Source: Methylophaga frappieri (GTDB taxonomy: Bacteria; Pseudomonadota; Gammaproteobacteria; Nitrosococcales; Methylophagaceae). Taken from it: DNA of 32,000 nt. Position 1 is the stretch's first letter, and the number at the start of each line of letters is the position of its first letter. A program made the position numbers and the translations under genes. The notes beneath the pieces are model-generated. The model did not search any database. It saw only the letters and a list, made by a program, of their open reading frames with translations, and was not told the DNA's origin. Below, piece after piece: positions 21,089 to 31,146 of this stretch. The stretch is from positions 1,440,001-1,472,000 of the forward strand of contig NC_017856.1 of the NCBI RefSeq assembly GCF_000260965.1, in the 5' to 3' direction.

Positions 21089-23656
21089 ATGATGAAATCG
21101 CCCCCGCTTTCCTTATGGCAAAAAATAAAACTGCGACTGGCCCAAACAGGCGATAGCGAACCGGAACAGGCAATCAAAGTCCGACTAACCATCGGGCTCA
21201 TTATTATTTTTTATTTTTGTATTCCGTGGCGCGAGGATCAGACATGGTTGTCCACACTGGTGGGCTTACCCAGCCTCATCAGCCTCATCTATTATGCATT
21301 AGCCTTAATGATTGCGACGGCAATCCTGATTCACCCGCGTCCTGCCCCTTTACGCCGGATTTGTGGAATTTTGATCGATCTCCTCGCACTCTCAATCCTG
21401 ATGTTTTTTGCTGGCGATCAGAGTGTTTTTCTGTTTGTTCTATATCTCTGGATTATGCTGGGAAATGGTTTCCGATATGGCGTTAACTACCTTTATATCT
21501 CGTTCATTATCGGACTGATTGGCTTTACCCTGGCGGTGCTCGGCGGCGCTTACTGGCAACATCCTCAACACAAACCGTTTGGTTTTAGTTTGCTGTTTTT
21601 GCTGGTTTTGATTCCACTCTATTCCGCTTTTTTGATCACCAAACTGCATGCGGCGATTGCCAGCGCCCGACAGGCAAATGAAGCCAAGAGTCGTTTTCTG
21701 GCTAATATGTCCCATGAGTTACGTACCCCATTGAACGGCGTCATCGGGGTTGCCGATCTGCTTAATGAAACCGCCCTGGATACGAAGCAACGTGACTTTG
21801 TCGGCATTATGCGTACATCGGCACATACGCTGCTTGGCTTGATTGAAAATGTCCTGGATATCGCCAAAATTGAAGCCGGAAAAATTGTAATCAGCCGAGA
21901 AGTATTCGATCTGCATCAGTTATTGCACGGCATTATGAGCATGCAAGCCCCTATGGGACGAAGCAAAGGCTTACACGTCAGCTTTCATATTGATCCTGCC
22001 GTGCCATTCATGGTTGAAGGCGATGCTCAACATTTACGACAAGTTCTCATTAATTTAATCGGCAATGGCATAAAATTCACGGATACCGGTAGCATTAAAC
22101 TTCATGTGTTAATGGCCGATAACAATGCAGATGAACCGTTTGTTCGGTTTGAAATTATCGATACCGGCATCGGCATTTCACAGGACGCCCAGAAAACTGT
22201 ATTCAATGACTTTACGCAAGTCGCCGGTTTGGGTCAGCGCAGTACGGGTGGGACCGGTCTTGGGACGACCATCGCCAAGGAATTGGTTGAGCTGATGGAT
22301 GGCCAAATTGATTTAGAGAGCGAACCGGGGGTGGGTACCACTTTCTGGTTTGAGTTACCGCTTGCCAAGGTGGCAGAACAACCTCAACTACAAAAAGATA
22401 TGCCGATGCTTACACTCTGTGCCGTGCCCATTCAGCAACAGCTCGATCAAATTCTGGTGGACTGGCAACTCAACTATCAACACACCGCAACAACGGCTCA
22501 AGCGCTTGCCGAACTCATGCGCCTTGCGAATGCAGGCACCGCCTGCGACACGTTATTGATTGATCAGCAGTGCATGCAGGATATTGCGCCTATTCAATTT
22601 GCCAAGATGATTCATTCCGAACCCAGTTTGTCTGGCTTATCACTAGTATTAATTAATCCCGCTTCCAGCAGTCTGCACGACCCCTTATTGAAAGAACATT
22701 TTATCTGCATTGTCAAAGACTTAACCAACAAGCCACAGCTGTTTAATGCGATTCATGCCGGCCAGTCGCGACATCAGACCAGCGAAGAGAATGTTATCTC
22801 ACTTGCCGAACATTATGCCTCACAGTCCCACGCGAAACCTTTATCTATCCTTATTGCTGAAGACAACAAAGTGAATCAACAAGTCTTGGCTGGGGTGTTG
22901 GAACATGCCGGCCATCAAGTAAAAATTACTGATAGTGGTGAGCAGGCTCTAGATGCATTGACAAAAAGTCTGCGTAGTTTCGACATGTTAATTGTTGATA
23001 TGAATATGCCGGATTATTCTGGTGCAGAAGTGATTCGGGCCATGCGTTACCTAGATACCTCGATTCACTTGCCCGTCATTATGTTGACAGCAGATGCAAC
23101 GCCGGAAGCCAAAAAACGCAGCCTGGATGCCGGCGCCGATGTATTTCTAACCAAACCGATTGACTCGCGTGCACTACTGAAAGCTATCGCTGAACTGGCC
23201 GCAAACCGTCCAGTCACACTAAGCGAAAATCCAAAAACGGCCTCACCCACTGACCATAATGAGCAAACAACGCTTTGGCTTGATCCACAAACCCTGCGTG
23301 ACTTGAGTCAATTAGGTGGTGGTACCGAATTTTTAGCACAATTGGTTCAGGGTTTTATCGCTGATGGTGAAACACATATCCAACGGATTGCCGCCGCTAA
23401 TGGCGAGGATTATTTGACCCTGCGTGAAAGCCTGCATGCCTTAAAAGGCTCCGCCGCGGAAATGGGGGCAAATCAACTCTCCGGCTTATGTCGTCAAGCG
23501 GAACAAATCAAACCACATGAGATGCACGCACAATCCAACCAGAGATTATTGACCACGATTGAGCAGGCTTTTGAACAGACAGTCATCGCGCTGCAACAGG
23601 AATTAACCCAGCAGCAACGCGAGCCGGCCTCCCCATCAGGACGCGATGCGCGCTGA
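21089..23656 (+). CDS. Membrane-bound hybrid sensor histidine kinase with REC and HPt (RpfC-like)
   Basis: The N-terminal region is multi-TM. H-box FLANMSHELRTPLNGV. ATPase G-boxes DTGIGI and GTGLGTTIAKELVELMDG. REC ILIAEDNKVNQQV...DMLIVDMNMPDYSG. HPt LHALKGSAAEMGA. Confidence 0.85.
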   Translation: MMKSPPLSLWQKIKLRLAQTGDSEPEQAIKVRLTIGLIIIFYFCIPWREDQTWLSTLVGLPSLISLIYYALALMIATAILIHPRPAPLRRICGILIDLLALSILMFFAGDQSVFLFVLYLWIMLGNGFRYGVNYLYISFIIGLIGFTLAVLGGAYWQHPQHKPFGFSLLFLLVLIPLYSAFLITKLHAAIASARQANEAKSRFLANMSHELRTPLNGVIGVADLLNETALDTKQRDFVGIMRTSAHTLLGLIENVLDIAKIEAGKIVISREVFDLHQLLHGIMSMQAPMGRSKGLHVSFHIDPAVPFMVEGDAQHLRQVLINLIGNGIKFTDTGSIKLHVLMADNNADEPFVRFEIIDTGIGISQDAQKTVFNDFTQVAGLGQRSTGGTGLGTTIAKELVELMDGQIDLESEPGVGTTFWFELPLAKVAEQPQLQKDMPMLTLCAVPIQQQLDQILVDWQLNYQHTATTAQALAELMRLANAGTACDTLLIDQQCMQDIAPIQFAKMIHSEPSLSGLSLVLINPASSSLHDPLLKEHFICIVKDLTNKPQLFNAIHAGQSRHQTSEENVISLAEHYASQSHAKPLSILIAEDNKVNQQVLAGVLEHAGHQVKITDSGEQALDALTKSLRSFDMLIVDMNMPDYSGAEVIRAMRYLDTSIHLPVIMLTADATPEAKKRSLDAGADVFLTKPIDSRALLKAIAELAANRPVTLSENPKTASPTDHNEQTTLWLDPQTLRDLSQLGGGTEFLAQLVQGFIADGETHIQRIAAANGEDYLTLRESLHALKGSAAEMGANQLSGLCRQAEQIKPHEMHAQSNQRLLTTIEQAFEQTVIALQQELTQQQREPASPSGRDAR

Positions 23657-24520
23657 TTGACGTTGCACCAGCCGGTTCATCATGCGCAAATCACGACCGC
23701 TTAGCTGCATCGCCGAATCTACCCAGATTCGGGTAATGTCCATCAACTCTTGTTCCGTGATGGGATTACAATAATCCTTAACATTCGCCATGGCGCGGTG
23801 ACTGACCCAGTGTTTCTGCGCATCATTAATATAACGATACACGGCCAGTTCGCCTTCTCCCTGCTGCGCCAGAATATCCACTACGCCCATTTCATAAAGC
23901 GTTTCCGCGTCGTAAAGCTGCCCGCTCATGATCATTTGCTCGGCCTTGCTGGAACCGATTTTGCGACTCAGTAGTGAATACGCGCCCATCCCCGGAAATA
24001 AATTGAACAAAACTTCGGGCAGCCCCATTTTCGTTCCACGTTCGGCAATCAACACGTTACTGGACAGCGCCGACTCAAAACCACCGCCCAAGGCATCACC
24101 CTTGACCAGAGCAATCGTTGTCAACGGTAAGTCCAGATGGCGCATGTTGCGATGTAATACATCAATACATTTTGTGGCGTAGGTCCATAGTAAATCTCTG
24201 TCACCGTTTTCAATCGCAGTGGCAAAAGCGTTTAAATCGCCGCCCAAGTTGAACACACCAGGCACATCGGAAGCTAACACCAGAAATTGATATTTATCTG
24301 TCAATCCTGCAGCGTGCTCTGCTTTGACATCGTCGAAAAAGTGAGCAATGTCAGTCAATAAAGTGCCAGTAAAACAGGGTCTTGGTTCACCATGCATGAG
24401 AAACCATGCTGCCTTGTACTTGGCGTCGTAATGCGTTGTTAGATGTTGATAGCGTTGTTTTACACTGAAGTTTTCCTTTGCTTCAGATGTGTTCAACTGT
24501 GCTAAAGCATTCATATCCAT
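23636..24520 (-). CDS. Crotonase-superfamily DSF-synthase-like protein (RpfF-like)
   Basis: 294 aa. VFNLGGDL, ALGGGFESALSSNVLIAE and MGLPEVLFNLFPGMGAYSLL match the enoyl-CoA hydratase fold in the RpfF/DspI-like arrangement. It is convergent with the kinase gene and overlaps it by 21 nt. Confidence 0.65.
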   Translation of the reverse strand: MDMNALAQLNTSEAKENFSVKQRYQHLTTHYDAKYKAAWFLMHGEPRPCFTGTLLTDIAHFFDDVKAEHAAGLTDKYQFLVLASDVPGVFNLGGDLNAFATAIENGDRDLLWTYATKCIDVLHRNMRHLDLPLTTIALVKGDALGGGFESALSSNVLIAERGTKMGLPEVLFNLFPGMGAYSLLSRKIGSSKAEQMIMSGQLYDAETLYEMGVVDILAQQGEGELAVYRYINDAQKHWVSHRAMANVKDYCNPITEQELMDITRIWVDSAMQLSGRDLRMMNRLVQRQSARIAS

Positions 24521-24666
24521 CTCCTTGATGTGCCCGAGGCTGACAACCCTGTTCAGCGTTGGCAGGGTAACTGATGGATAACTAGCAGGAACTGTGCCGT
24601 CTTTTTTATTTTAGGGTAAGACAGACCGTTTCAGCCTTTTGTGGAAAATATTTTTGTATATTTAAA

Positions 24667-25659
24667 TCAACCACTTAAAGACGAAAGCGCGGTAATATGA
24701 GCTTGGCTGGCACGAACTAAACCCGGAATGTGATACCCACCCTCTAAAACAGAAACCAACCGCCCCTGACAATGGCGAGCCGCAATTTGCATTACCATTT
24801 TTGTCAGTGCCTTAAATCCGTCATCGGTTATCTCATGACAACCCAGCAGATCGTCTACACGGCTATCAAATCCAGCGGAAATCAAAACCAGCTGCGGAGA
24901 GAAAGCATTCGCCGCCGGTAACAATTTTTCTTTAAATGCAGCCAGCATAGCGGCATCACCACTGCCACACGGCAGGTGCACATTGATATTGAATCCTTCC
25001 CCAGCACCATGGCCGGTGCGCTCGGGTAGGCCTGTTCGCGGATAGGCATCCCGATCATGTGTCGAAAAGAACAAGACACTGGGATCATCATAAAAGGCCC
25101 ATTCTGTACCATTGCCATGATGATAATCCCAGTCGACAATCAAGATCCGCTCAAGCCCATACTGCTGCTGAGCGTAGCGCGCGGCAATCGCAACATGATT
25201 AAAATAGCAAAAACCTTCTTCCCGCCCCGTATTCGTCGCATGATGACCGGGCGGCCTGGAGGCACAAAACGCATTTTTAACTTTTTCCTGCATCACCGCA
25301 TCAACGCAATTCAGCACCCCGCCCGCCGCTAACCTGGCTGTGGCATAAGCCTCCGGCGCGTGACGTTTTATTGACGCTTGATGTTCAATACTGTGAATGG
25401 TGCTTAACCAGCGAACTTTTGCCGGTGTTGCGGCAATTGAGGTCACTTTATTGGCACGATGTAAGGCATTTAAAGTATGTGCAACCTGGCGGTATCGCGC
25501 TGGCGATTCAGGGTGGTCCGGTGTGATTTGATAATCCACAAAGCGATCATCCAGCACCAACCCGGTTTTGAGTGATTCGTTGGAACTTGCTGAAACCGCC
25601 CGCAGCGATGCTGGCAAACACGCGAGTCCAGCCAGTTTTAACAGCTTCCTGCGCTGCAT
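24667..25659 (-). CDS. Histone deacetylase-family (acetylpolyamine/acetoin-type) amidohydrolase with predicted Tat signal peptide
   Basis: I prefer ATG 25659 (GGAG 6 nt upstream), giving MQRRKLLKLAGLACLPASLRAVSA. The HDAC core carries RPPGHHA, DWDYHHGNGT and EGGY. Confidence 0.8.
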   Translation of the reverse strand: MQRRKLLKLAGLACLPASLRAVSASSNESLKTGLVLDDRFVDYQITPDHPESPARYRQVAHTLNALHRANKVTSIAATPAKVRWLSTIHSIEHQASIKRHAPEAYATARLAAGGVLNCVDAVMQEKVKNAFCASRPPGHHATNTGREEGFCYFNHVAIAARYAQQQYGLERILIVDWDYHHGNGTEWAFYDDPSVLFFSTHDRDAYPRTGLPERTGHGAGEGFNINVHLPCGSGDAAMLAAFKEKLLPAANAFSPQLVLISAGFDSRVDDLLGCHEITDDGFKALTKMVMQIAARHCQGRLVSVLEGGYHIPGLVRASQAHITALSSLSG

Positions 25660-25694
25660 AGACACTCCGCTAAAAACACAGTCATCAAGCTAAT

Positions 25695-28220
25695 CTAGCA
25701 TGTCTTGGTCGTCAGTAAGCTATCAATCGGCGCCGGTTTGCCTATATGGAAACCTTGAGCATAGTCGACGCCTATGCTTTCCAGGCTGTGCAGAACCTCA
25801 GCATTTTCAACAAATTCTGCAATTGTCTCTAATCCCATCACATGGCCAATCTCATTGATCGCCCGAACCATTTGCGCATCAATCGGATCGGTCAGCATAT
25901 CGCGAACAAATAAACCATCGATTTTGATTGCACTGACCGGCAGATTTTTTAAATAAGCAAATGACGACAGACCACTGCCAAAATCATCCAGCGCAAAATG
26001 ACACCCGACATTGCGCAGTACCTGAATAAATTGCTTTGCCTGATCAACATTGGCGATTGCCGCCGTTTCCGTAATTTCAAAACTGAGCATGGAGACCGGA
26101 AAAACGGCGTCATGCAAACGCTGGCTGATATGGGTCAACAAAGCCTGATTCCCCATTGATGAACCAGAAAGATTAATAGCTAATGTCTGATTAAAGGGCA
26201 GCGCCTGATGGTGGTGTGTTAACCAATCAATCACGGTATCAATCACCCAACGATCAATTTTATCGGCAAGGTTGTAACGTTCAGCAATAGGTAAAAAAAC
26301 ACCGGGCGAGATAATCTGATCTGTCTCATCGCGCATTCTCAATAACACTTCGTACTTGAGTGTATTTGCGTTGTCATGCAGGCCCTGAATTGGCTGGGTA
26401 TAAAGCATCAGGCGCGATTCGCTTAAAGCGTGTTTAATTTTTTGAACCCACTGAAATTCACCCGATTGTTCAGCGAGCATTGCATCATCATTCTGAAACA
26501 CATAGACACAATTTCGACCAAACTGCTTTGCCGCATTACAAGCGGACTCAGCCCGCTTCAGTGGATCCTTATCCGCGTTATTTGACGCCTCATCTTCAAT
26601 CATCGCCACGCCAATACTGGCGGTGGTGGTTAATTCCTTTGACTGCCAAAAAAATGTAAAACTATCAATGCCATAACGTATTTCTTCAGCCACTGTTTTA
26701 GCATGTTCAAGATCACTACTTTCCATTAACAAGGCAAATTCATCGCCGCCTAGCCTTGCCAGGGTTTCTTGTGGCCCAATGAACTGACTTAAGTAACCAG
26801 ATAACTGACTAAGCAGCGCATCTCCCGCAGTATGGCCTGCTGTTTCGTTAATGACCTTGAATAAATCTAGATCAAGGTAACAAAGCGCATGCTGATCTGT
26901 GTTCTGCAGGTTCAACGCCGTCAAGCGACGTTCAAACTCACTACGATTGATCAAACCTGTTAGCGGATCGTGTGTCGCCTGATGACTCAAGGCTTGTGCC
27001 AATGAGTGTGCCTCACTGACATCTTCCAGAATTGCCACGAAATGACTGATCTCCTGGTTCACTGAGCGAATCGGCGCAATATAAACCTTGGCCCAATACA
27101 CGGGGCCATTGTGACGTCGACTGGAAAACTCACCCACCCATTGCCGTCCAGCCTGAATGGTTTGCCACAAGGACCGAATCCGGCCAGGGTTGCTAAACTG
27201 TACTTTAAATAATCGAGGTGTTTTACCAAGCGCTTCGGCCTGGCTATAACCAGTAATTTTTTCACAACGAGGATTCACATATTCAATGAAACCTTGCCGA
27301 TCGGTAATAATAATGCCGTTCGGGCTCGCTTCTACTGCACGCGATAATTTTTGCAAATGCGCCTGTTTTTCAGAAAGTCGGGTATTCGCTTCGGTTAACG
27401 CCAAGGTACGTGCTTCAATCTGACTCTCGCGCTGGGCAACCTCCCACTGCAAATCGGCCAGCAATGCCTCGTGACTTTGTTGTAAACGAAAACTGTCGGT
27501 AATGTTCTGATTGGCGCGGCGTACCAGCGAAATCATAAAGAGATAGTATGCTGTCAGTCCGGCGACCAAAAACAAGGGTAAGCTACTGGCCTGTTGCTGA
27601 CTGAAAACCTGATAGGCCGTGACCATAATCAACATTAATACCGGCGGTAGCGTGTAAGCGACAAAAGCGGTCAATGATGCGGCAAGTACGGGTACTGCCG
27701 CAGCCAGGACGGTACTGATTAAAATATAAAAAAGACTGCTTATCTGCGGATCGGTAGCAGCTAAATAAAACAGGCTTAGCGCTCCCCATGCCAGCCCAAC
27801 AAAGAGTGTTGCCCACGTATATTGTCTTATCCAGCGGTGTACCGAAATCGACTCAGCCCCGCGCTGATAGCGCCACCACAAAACCAGTCTGATACCGGAA
27901 AAAAAACTGATTACACCGGCCCAGACTTGCAATAAGCCACTGAAATCATACTGCCCAAATACCAGTGCCATTAACCAGGCAACAGCAATGACAGTCAAAT
28001 TGGCAAACGGCGCTTGCTGGGACAATAAAAATGCTTGCTGTCTGGGCAAGGCGGCCCCATCCATACTCGCTGTTTCCTCTAATTCTGATTTAATTAACGT
28101 GAAATCGGCCGAATGACCAACAGAATTACGTTTTGACTGCTGGTAAAAGAAAGATTTTTTTACCATGCTAATTTTAACGTAAATGCCCTGATTTTCAGTG
28201 ATGCAAGCCGCAATTTTCAC
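25695..28220 (-). CDS. Membrane sensor PAS-GGDEF-EAL protein (c-di-GMP turnover)
   Basis: GTG start at 28220 with GAGGTGA upstream. The N-terminal half is multi-TM. PAS SPNGIIITDRQGFIEYVNPRCEKITGY. GGDEF motif ARLGGDEFALL. EAL-domain motifs FEITET, DDFGSG, KIDG and EFVE. Confidence 0.85.
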   Translation of the reverse strand: MKIAACITENQGIYVKISMVKKSFFYQQSKRNSVGHSADFTLIKSELEETASMDGAALPRQQAFLLSQQAPFANLTVIAVAWLMALVFGQYDFSGLLQVWAGVISFFSGIRLVLWWRYQRGAESISVHRWIRQYTWATLFVGLAWGALSLFYLAATDPQISSLFYILISTVLAAAVPVLAASLTAFVAYTLPPVLMLIMVTAYQVFSQQQASSLPLFLVAGLTAYYLFMISLVRRANQNITDSFRLQQSHEALLADLQWEVAQRESQIEARTLALTEANTRLSEKQAHLQKLSRAVEASPNGIIITDRQGFIEYVNPRCEKITGYSQAEALGKTPRLFKVQFSNPGRIRSLWQTIQAGRQWVGEFSSRRHNGPVYWAKVYIAPIRSVNQEISHFVAILEDVSEAHSLAQALSHQATHDPLTGLINRSEFERRLTALNLQNTDQHALCYLDLDLFKVINETAGHTAGDALLSQLSGYLSQFIGPQETLARLGGDEFALLMESSDLEHAKTVAEEIRYGIDSFTFFWQSKELTTTASIGVAMIEDEASNNADKDPLKRAESACNAAKQFGRNCVYVFQNDDAMLAEQSGEFQWVQKIKHALSESRLMLYTQPIQGLHDNANTLKYEVLLRMRDETDQIISPGVFLPIAERYNLADKIDRWVIDTVIDWLTHHHQALPFNQTLAINLSGSSMGNQALLTHISQRLHDAVFPVSMLSFEITETAAIANVDQAKQFIQVLRNVGCHFALDDFGSGLSSFAYLKNLPVSAIKIDGLFVRDMLTDPIDAQMVRAINEIGHVMGLETIAEFVENAEVLHSLESIGVDYAQGFHIGKPAPIDSLLTTKTC

Positions 28221-28336
28221 AAAAATTTCACCTCGTTGGACGGCTCATTATGATCATCTTCGAGTAGAGTAACTGCACAATTTTTTTACACACAAAGCGT
28301 TAATGTGATGTTTAGGGACAAAAAAGGAATCACATC

Positions 28337-29248
28337 ATGGCTGTCATACTAATAACCGGTGGTACCGGCCTCATCGGTTCGGCATTAACTGAGGCCTGGC
28401 TGCAAAAGGATAATGACGTGCTCATACTCAGCCGTCACCGTGCTCGCCATCGTCACCGGTTTCCCGAGCGGGTAACGCTACTGCCCAATTTGCAGGCTAT
28501 CCCTGCCCACCAGAAGATCGATATTGTCGTTAATCTGGCGGGGGCGCCTATTGCCTCACGCCGTTGGTCAGCAAAACGAAAACAACAACTTTATGAAAGT
28601 CGTATCACCTACACCCAGGAACTGGTTGCCTGGTTAAGCCAACGCACCACAAAACCCGATACCTTGATTAGTGGTTCTGCAGTTGGCTGGTACGGCGATC
28701 AAGGGGCCACCATTCTCGATGAACTTAGTTCAGCCAATACGGGGTTTACCCATACACTATGCGCAGACTGGGAACAGGCCGCTAACCGAGCAGTGGAATT
28801 CGGTATCCGCGTAGTTATCGTCCGAACCGGACTGGTGTTATCACCGCAAGGTGGTTTTTTAAGTCGCCTATTACCTGTGTTTCGACTCGGCCTCGGCGGC
28901 CGCGTTGGCGATGGCAAACAATTCATGCCATGGATTCACCTGACAGACATTTGTCATTTGATTTTATTTCTGGCCGATCAGCCCAATGCCCGTGGCGTCT
29001 TCAATGGCTCCGCGCCGCTGCCCGTCACCAATCAGGTATTTACCGACACCCTTAGCGCTATACTAAAAAAACCGGCCATATTGCCCATGCCTGCTTGCCT
29101 GTTAAAAGGCATGCTGGGTGAAATGGCTACCTTATTACTTGATAGTCAACGCGCCTTGCCTGAAAAAGCGCAAGCAAGCGGGTATCAGTTTCACTATACT
29201 GATCTGACAGCGGCGCTTGCCAATGTCGTCAAAAAAACTAAAAAGTAA
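28337..29248 (+). CDS. TIGR01777/YfcH-like epimerase-family (SDR39U1) protein
   Basis: ILITGGTGLIGSAL Rossmann motif, and a C-terminal DUF1731-like region GQRALPEKAQASGYQFHY. Confidence 0.8.
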   Translation: MAVILITGGTGLIGSALTEAWLQKDNDVLILSRHRARHRHRFPERVTLLPNLQAIPAHQKIDIVVNLAGAPIASRRWSAKRKQQLYESRITYTQELVAWLSQRTTKPDTLISGSAVGWYGDQGATILDELSSANTGFTHTLCADWEQAANRAVEFGIRVVIVRTGLVLSPQGGFLSRLLPVFRLGLGGRVGDGKQFMPWIHLTDICHLILFLADQPNARGVFNGSAPLPVTNQVFTDTLSAILKKPAILPMPACLLKGMLGEMATLLLDSQRALPEKAQASGYQFHYTDLTAALANVVKKTKK

Positions 29249-29257
29249 CGGAGAGAT

Positions 29258-30271
29258 ATGTCTGAACGTGCCATTTTATTGGCAAATCTGGGATCGCCGG
29301 ATGCGCCTGATACGCCTGCCGTACGCCGCTATCTGAATCAGTTTTTAATGGATCCCTACGTGATCCAGTTACCTTGGATATTACGTCGGCTGATCGTGAG
29401 TCTACTGGTCTTGCCAACCCGCCCCAAAAGCTCAGCTGCCGCTTATCAAAGCATTTGGTGGCCTGCAGGATCGCCATTGATTGTGTTGTCAGAGCAATTG
29501 CGCGATGCGGTACAGGCCGAAGTTGCTATGCCCGTTCACTTGGCCATGCGTTATGGTAATCCCGCGATTGAATCGACCTTGCTGGAAATTGCTACCAATC
29601 CTGCCATCAAGGAAGTGGTTTATCTACCACTTTATCCGCATTACGCTGACAGCACCATTGCGACATCGATTGACGAAGCAGAACGCGTCATCGAAGAACA
29701 TGATCTTGATTTAAAACTGATTATTCCAGCGCCATTTTATCAAGAGCCGGATTATATTGATGCCCTGTATCAACAAAGTCTGCCGTATCTCTCACAGCCC
29801 TATGATCATTTGATTTTTAGCTATCATGGTTTGCCAGAATCCCATATCACCGGCTCTGATCCTTCTGGCGCACACTGCCTCCAACGTCAGGATTGTTGCC
29901 AGCAACCACATCCAGCCCATGCGACATGCTACCGGCATCAAGTGATGGCAACCACGCAAGCCTTTGCCAAAAAGGCAGGACTGGCACAAACAGACTACAC
30001 CGTTGCCTTCCAATCTCGCTTGGGCAGACAGGTATGGCTGGGACCCAATACTGAGGATATTCTCACCCAGTTGGCCAAAGAAGGGGCTCGGAATGTGATG
30101 GTAATGTGCCCCGCTTTTGTTACCGATTGTTTGGAGACATTGGAAGAAATCGCGATTCGGGGAAAAGAAGTGTTTGTGGAGGCGGGCGGCGAATCATTAA
30201 CGCTGATTCCCTGCTTAAATGTTCACCCTGCCTGGGTATCCACTTTGGCAAAATGGCTCAGACAAGCTTGA
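29258..30271 (+). CDS. hemH: Ferrochelatase
   Basis: ILLANLGSPDAPDTPAVRRYLNQFLMDPYVI, LIFSYHGLPE and MCPAFVTDCLETLEEI are hallmark ferrochelatase blocks. Confidence 0.9.
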   Translation: MSERAILLANLGSPDAPDTPAVRRYLNQFLMDPYVIQLPWILRRLIVSLLVLPTRPKSSAAAYQSIWWPAGSPLIVLSEQLRDAVQAEVAMPVHLAMRYGNPAIESTLLEIATNPAIKEVVYLPLYPHYADSTIATSIDEAERVIEEHDLDLKLIIPAPFYQEPDYIDALYQQSLPYLSQPYDHLIFSYHGLPESHITGSDPSGAHCLQRQDCCQQPHPAHATCYRHQVMATTQAFAKKAGLAQTDYTVAFQSRLGRQVWLGPNTEDILTQLAKEGARNVMVMCPAFVTDCLETLEEIAIRGKEVFVEAGGESLTLIPCLNVHPAWVSTLAKWLRQA

Positions 30272-30272
30272 T

Positions 30273-30761
30273 TTAAACCCGACCAATAAGGGGTTGCCGT
30301 ACCACGCCACTGGTATATTCCCCACCCGGTCCATAAGCGGATGCTTCAGGATCCCGACCACGCAAAATACTCATCGCACGCTGCAAATATTGCCGGTTTA
30401 CGCTGACAATTCCGCCATTAATTTGGTTATTCTGCTGACATGCCTGCGCGGTTTGCTTTAACGATGCCAGCATTTTTTGTAACGTTTCCGCCTGCGCTGG
30501 TAGCTGATTGGCAATAAATGCCGCCATACCTTGCCGATCTGCCGGGAACCCGGCCTGTTTTAAAATCAGTTCCCGTTGTCTTCCAAGCGCCTCAAGTTGC
30601 CTGACCAGCGGTTGCTTTTGTTTAAGACAATGATTCAGTTTAGTTTCATCACGATCCATTAACGCCTGACGTTCAACTTGGAGTAAGTTGGCAAATTCAT
30701 TGGCAATTTGGCTTTCAGACTTGAGTGTCGATTGCATTTGCTGTGCTGGCGTCATGGTCAT
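30273..30761 (-). CDS. flgN: Flagellar export chaperone FlgN
   Basis: 162 aa. EFANLLQVERQALMDRDETKLNHCLKQKQPLVRQLEAL is the FlgN pattern. It sits downstream of flgM. Confidence 0.75.
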   Translation of the reverse strand: MTMTPAQQMQSTLKSESQIANEFANLLQVERQALMDRDETKLNHCLKQKQPLVRQLEALGRQRELILKQAGFPADRQGMAAFIANQLPAQAETLQKMLASLKQTAQACQQNNQINGGIVSVNRQYLQRAMSILRGRDPEASAYGPGGEYTSGVVRQPLIGRV

Positions 30762-30775
30762 GGCATTGTCTCGAA

Positions 30776-31090
30776 TTAAAATTGACGCTCAAAATCAATC
30801 ATATTTTGTGCCAGTTTTTCTGTATCGACTTGGTAATCCCCGTTATCTATTGCTTCACGAAGCGCGGCGATCCGTTGCTGATTTGTTTCCGGCATAGCAG
30901 CAATCGTTTTTTGCAAACTTTGTAACTGGCTAGCGGTATCGGTCAGACTAAACGTATCTGAACTCACTGCCCGCGCATCAACGGTCCCGCCAGATGACTT
31001 TTCCCCTGCCACACCAGTCCGTGACGGATTGCTGGTATTGGGCAAATTGCCGGGTTTGATATTGTTAATTTCTGACATAACTGTCTCCAA
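30776..31090 (-). CDS. flgM: Anti-sigma-28 factor FlgM
   Basis: 104 aa. The C-terminal QQRIAALREAIDNGDYQVDTEKLAQNMIDFE is the canonical FlgM sequence. Confidence 0.85.
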   Translation of the reverse strand: METVMSEINNIKPGNLPNTSNPSRTGVAGEKSSGGTVDARAVSSDTFSLTDTASQLQSLQKTIAAMPETNQQRIAALREAIDNGDYQVDTEKLAQNMIDFERQF

Positions 31091-31146
31091 TAAGGCTTAA
31101 TGACCTTATCGGCCATTTCCCATAAAACTTAAATTAATTCCGAATT

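Noticed and set aside
28433-28459. RHRARHRHR tract (imperfect CGY/CAY codon repeats) in the YfcH-like gene as a slipped-strand contingency repeat
   Set aside because: The repeat units are imperfect, in frame and short. It is probably just a basic surface loop.
30271-30273. hemH and flgN stop codons almost abutting (convergent, no intergenic space)
   Set aside because: This is a real observation, but tight convergent packing is common. There is no structure here to interpret.
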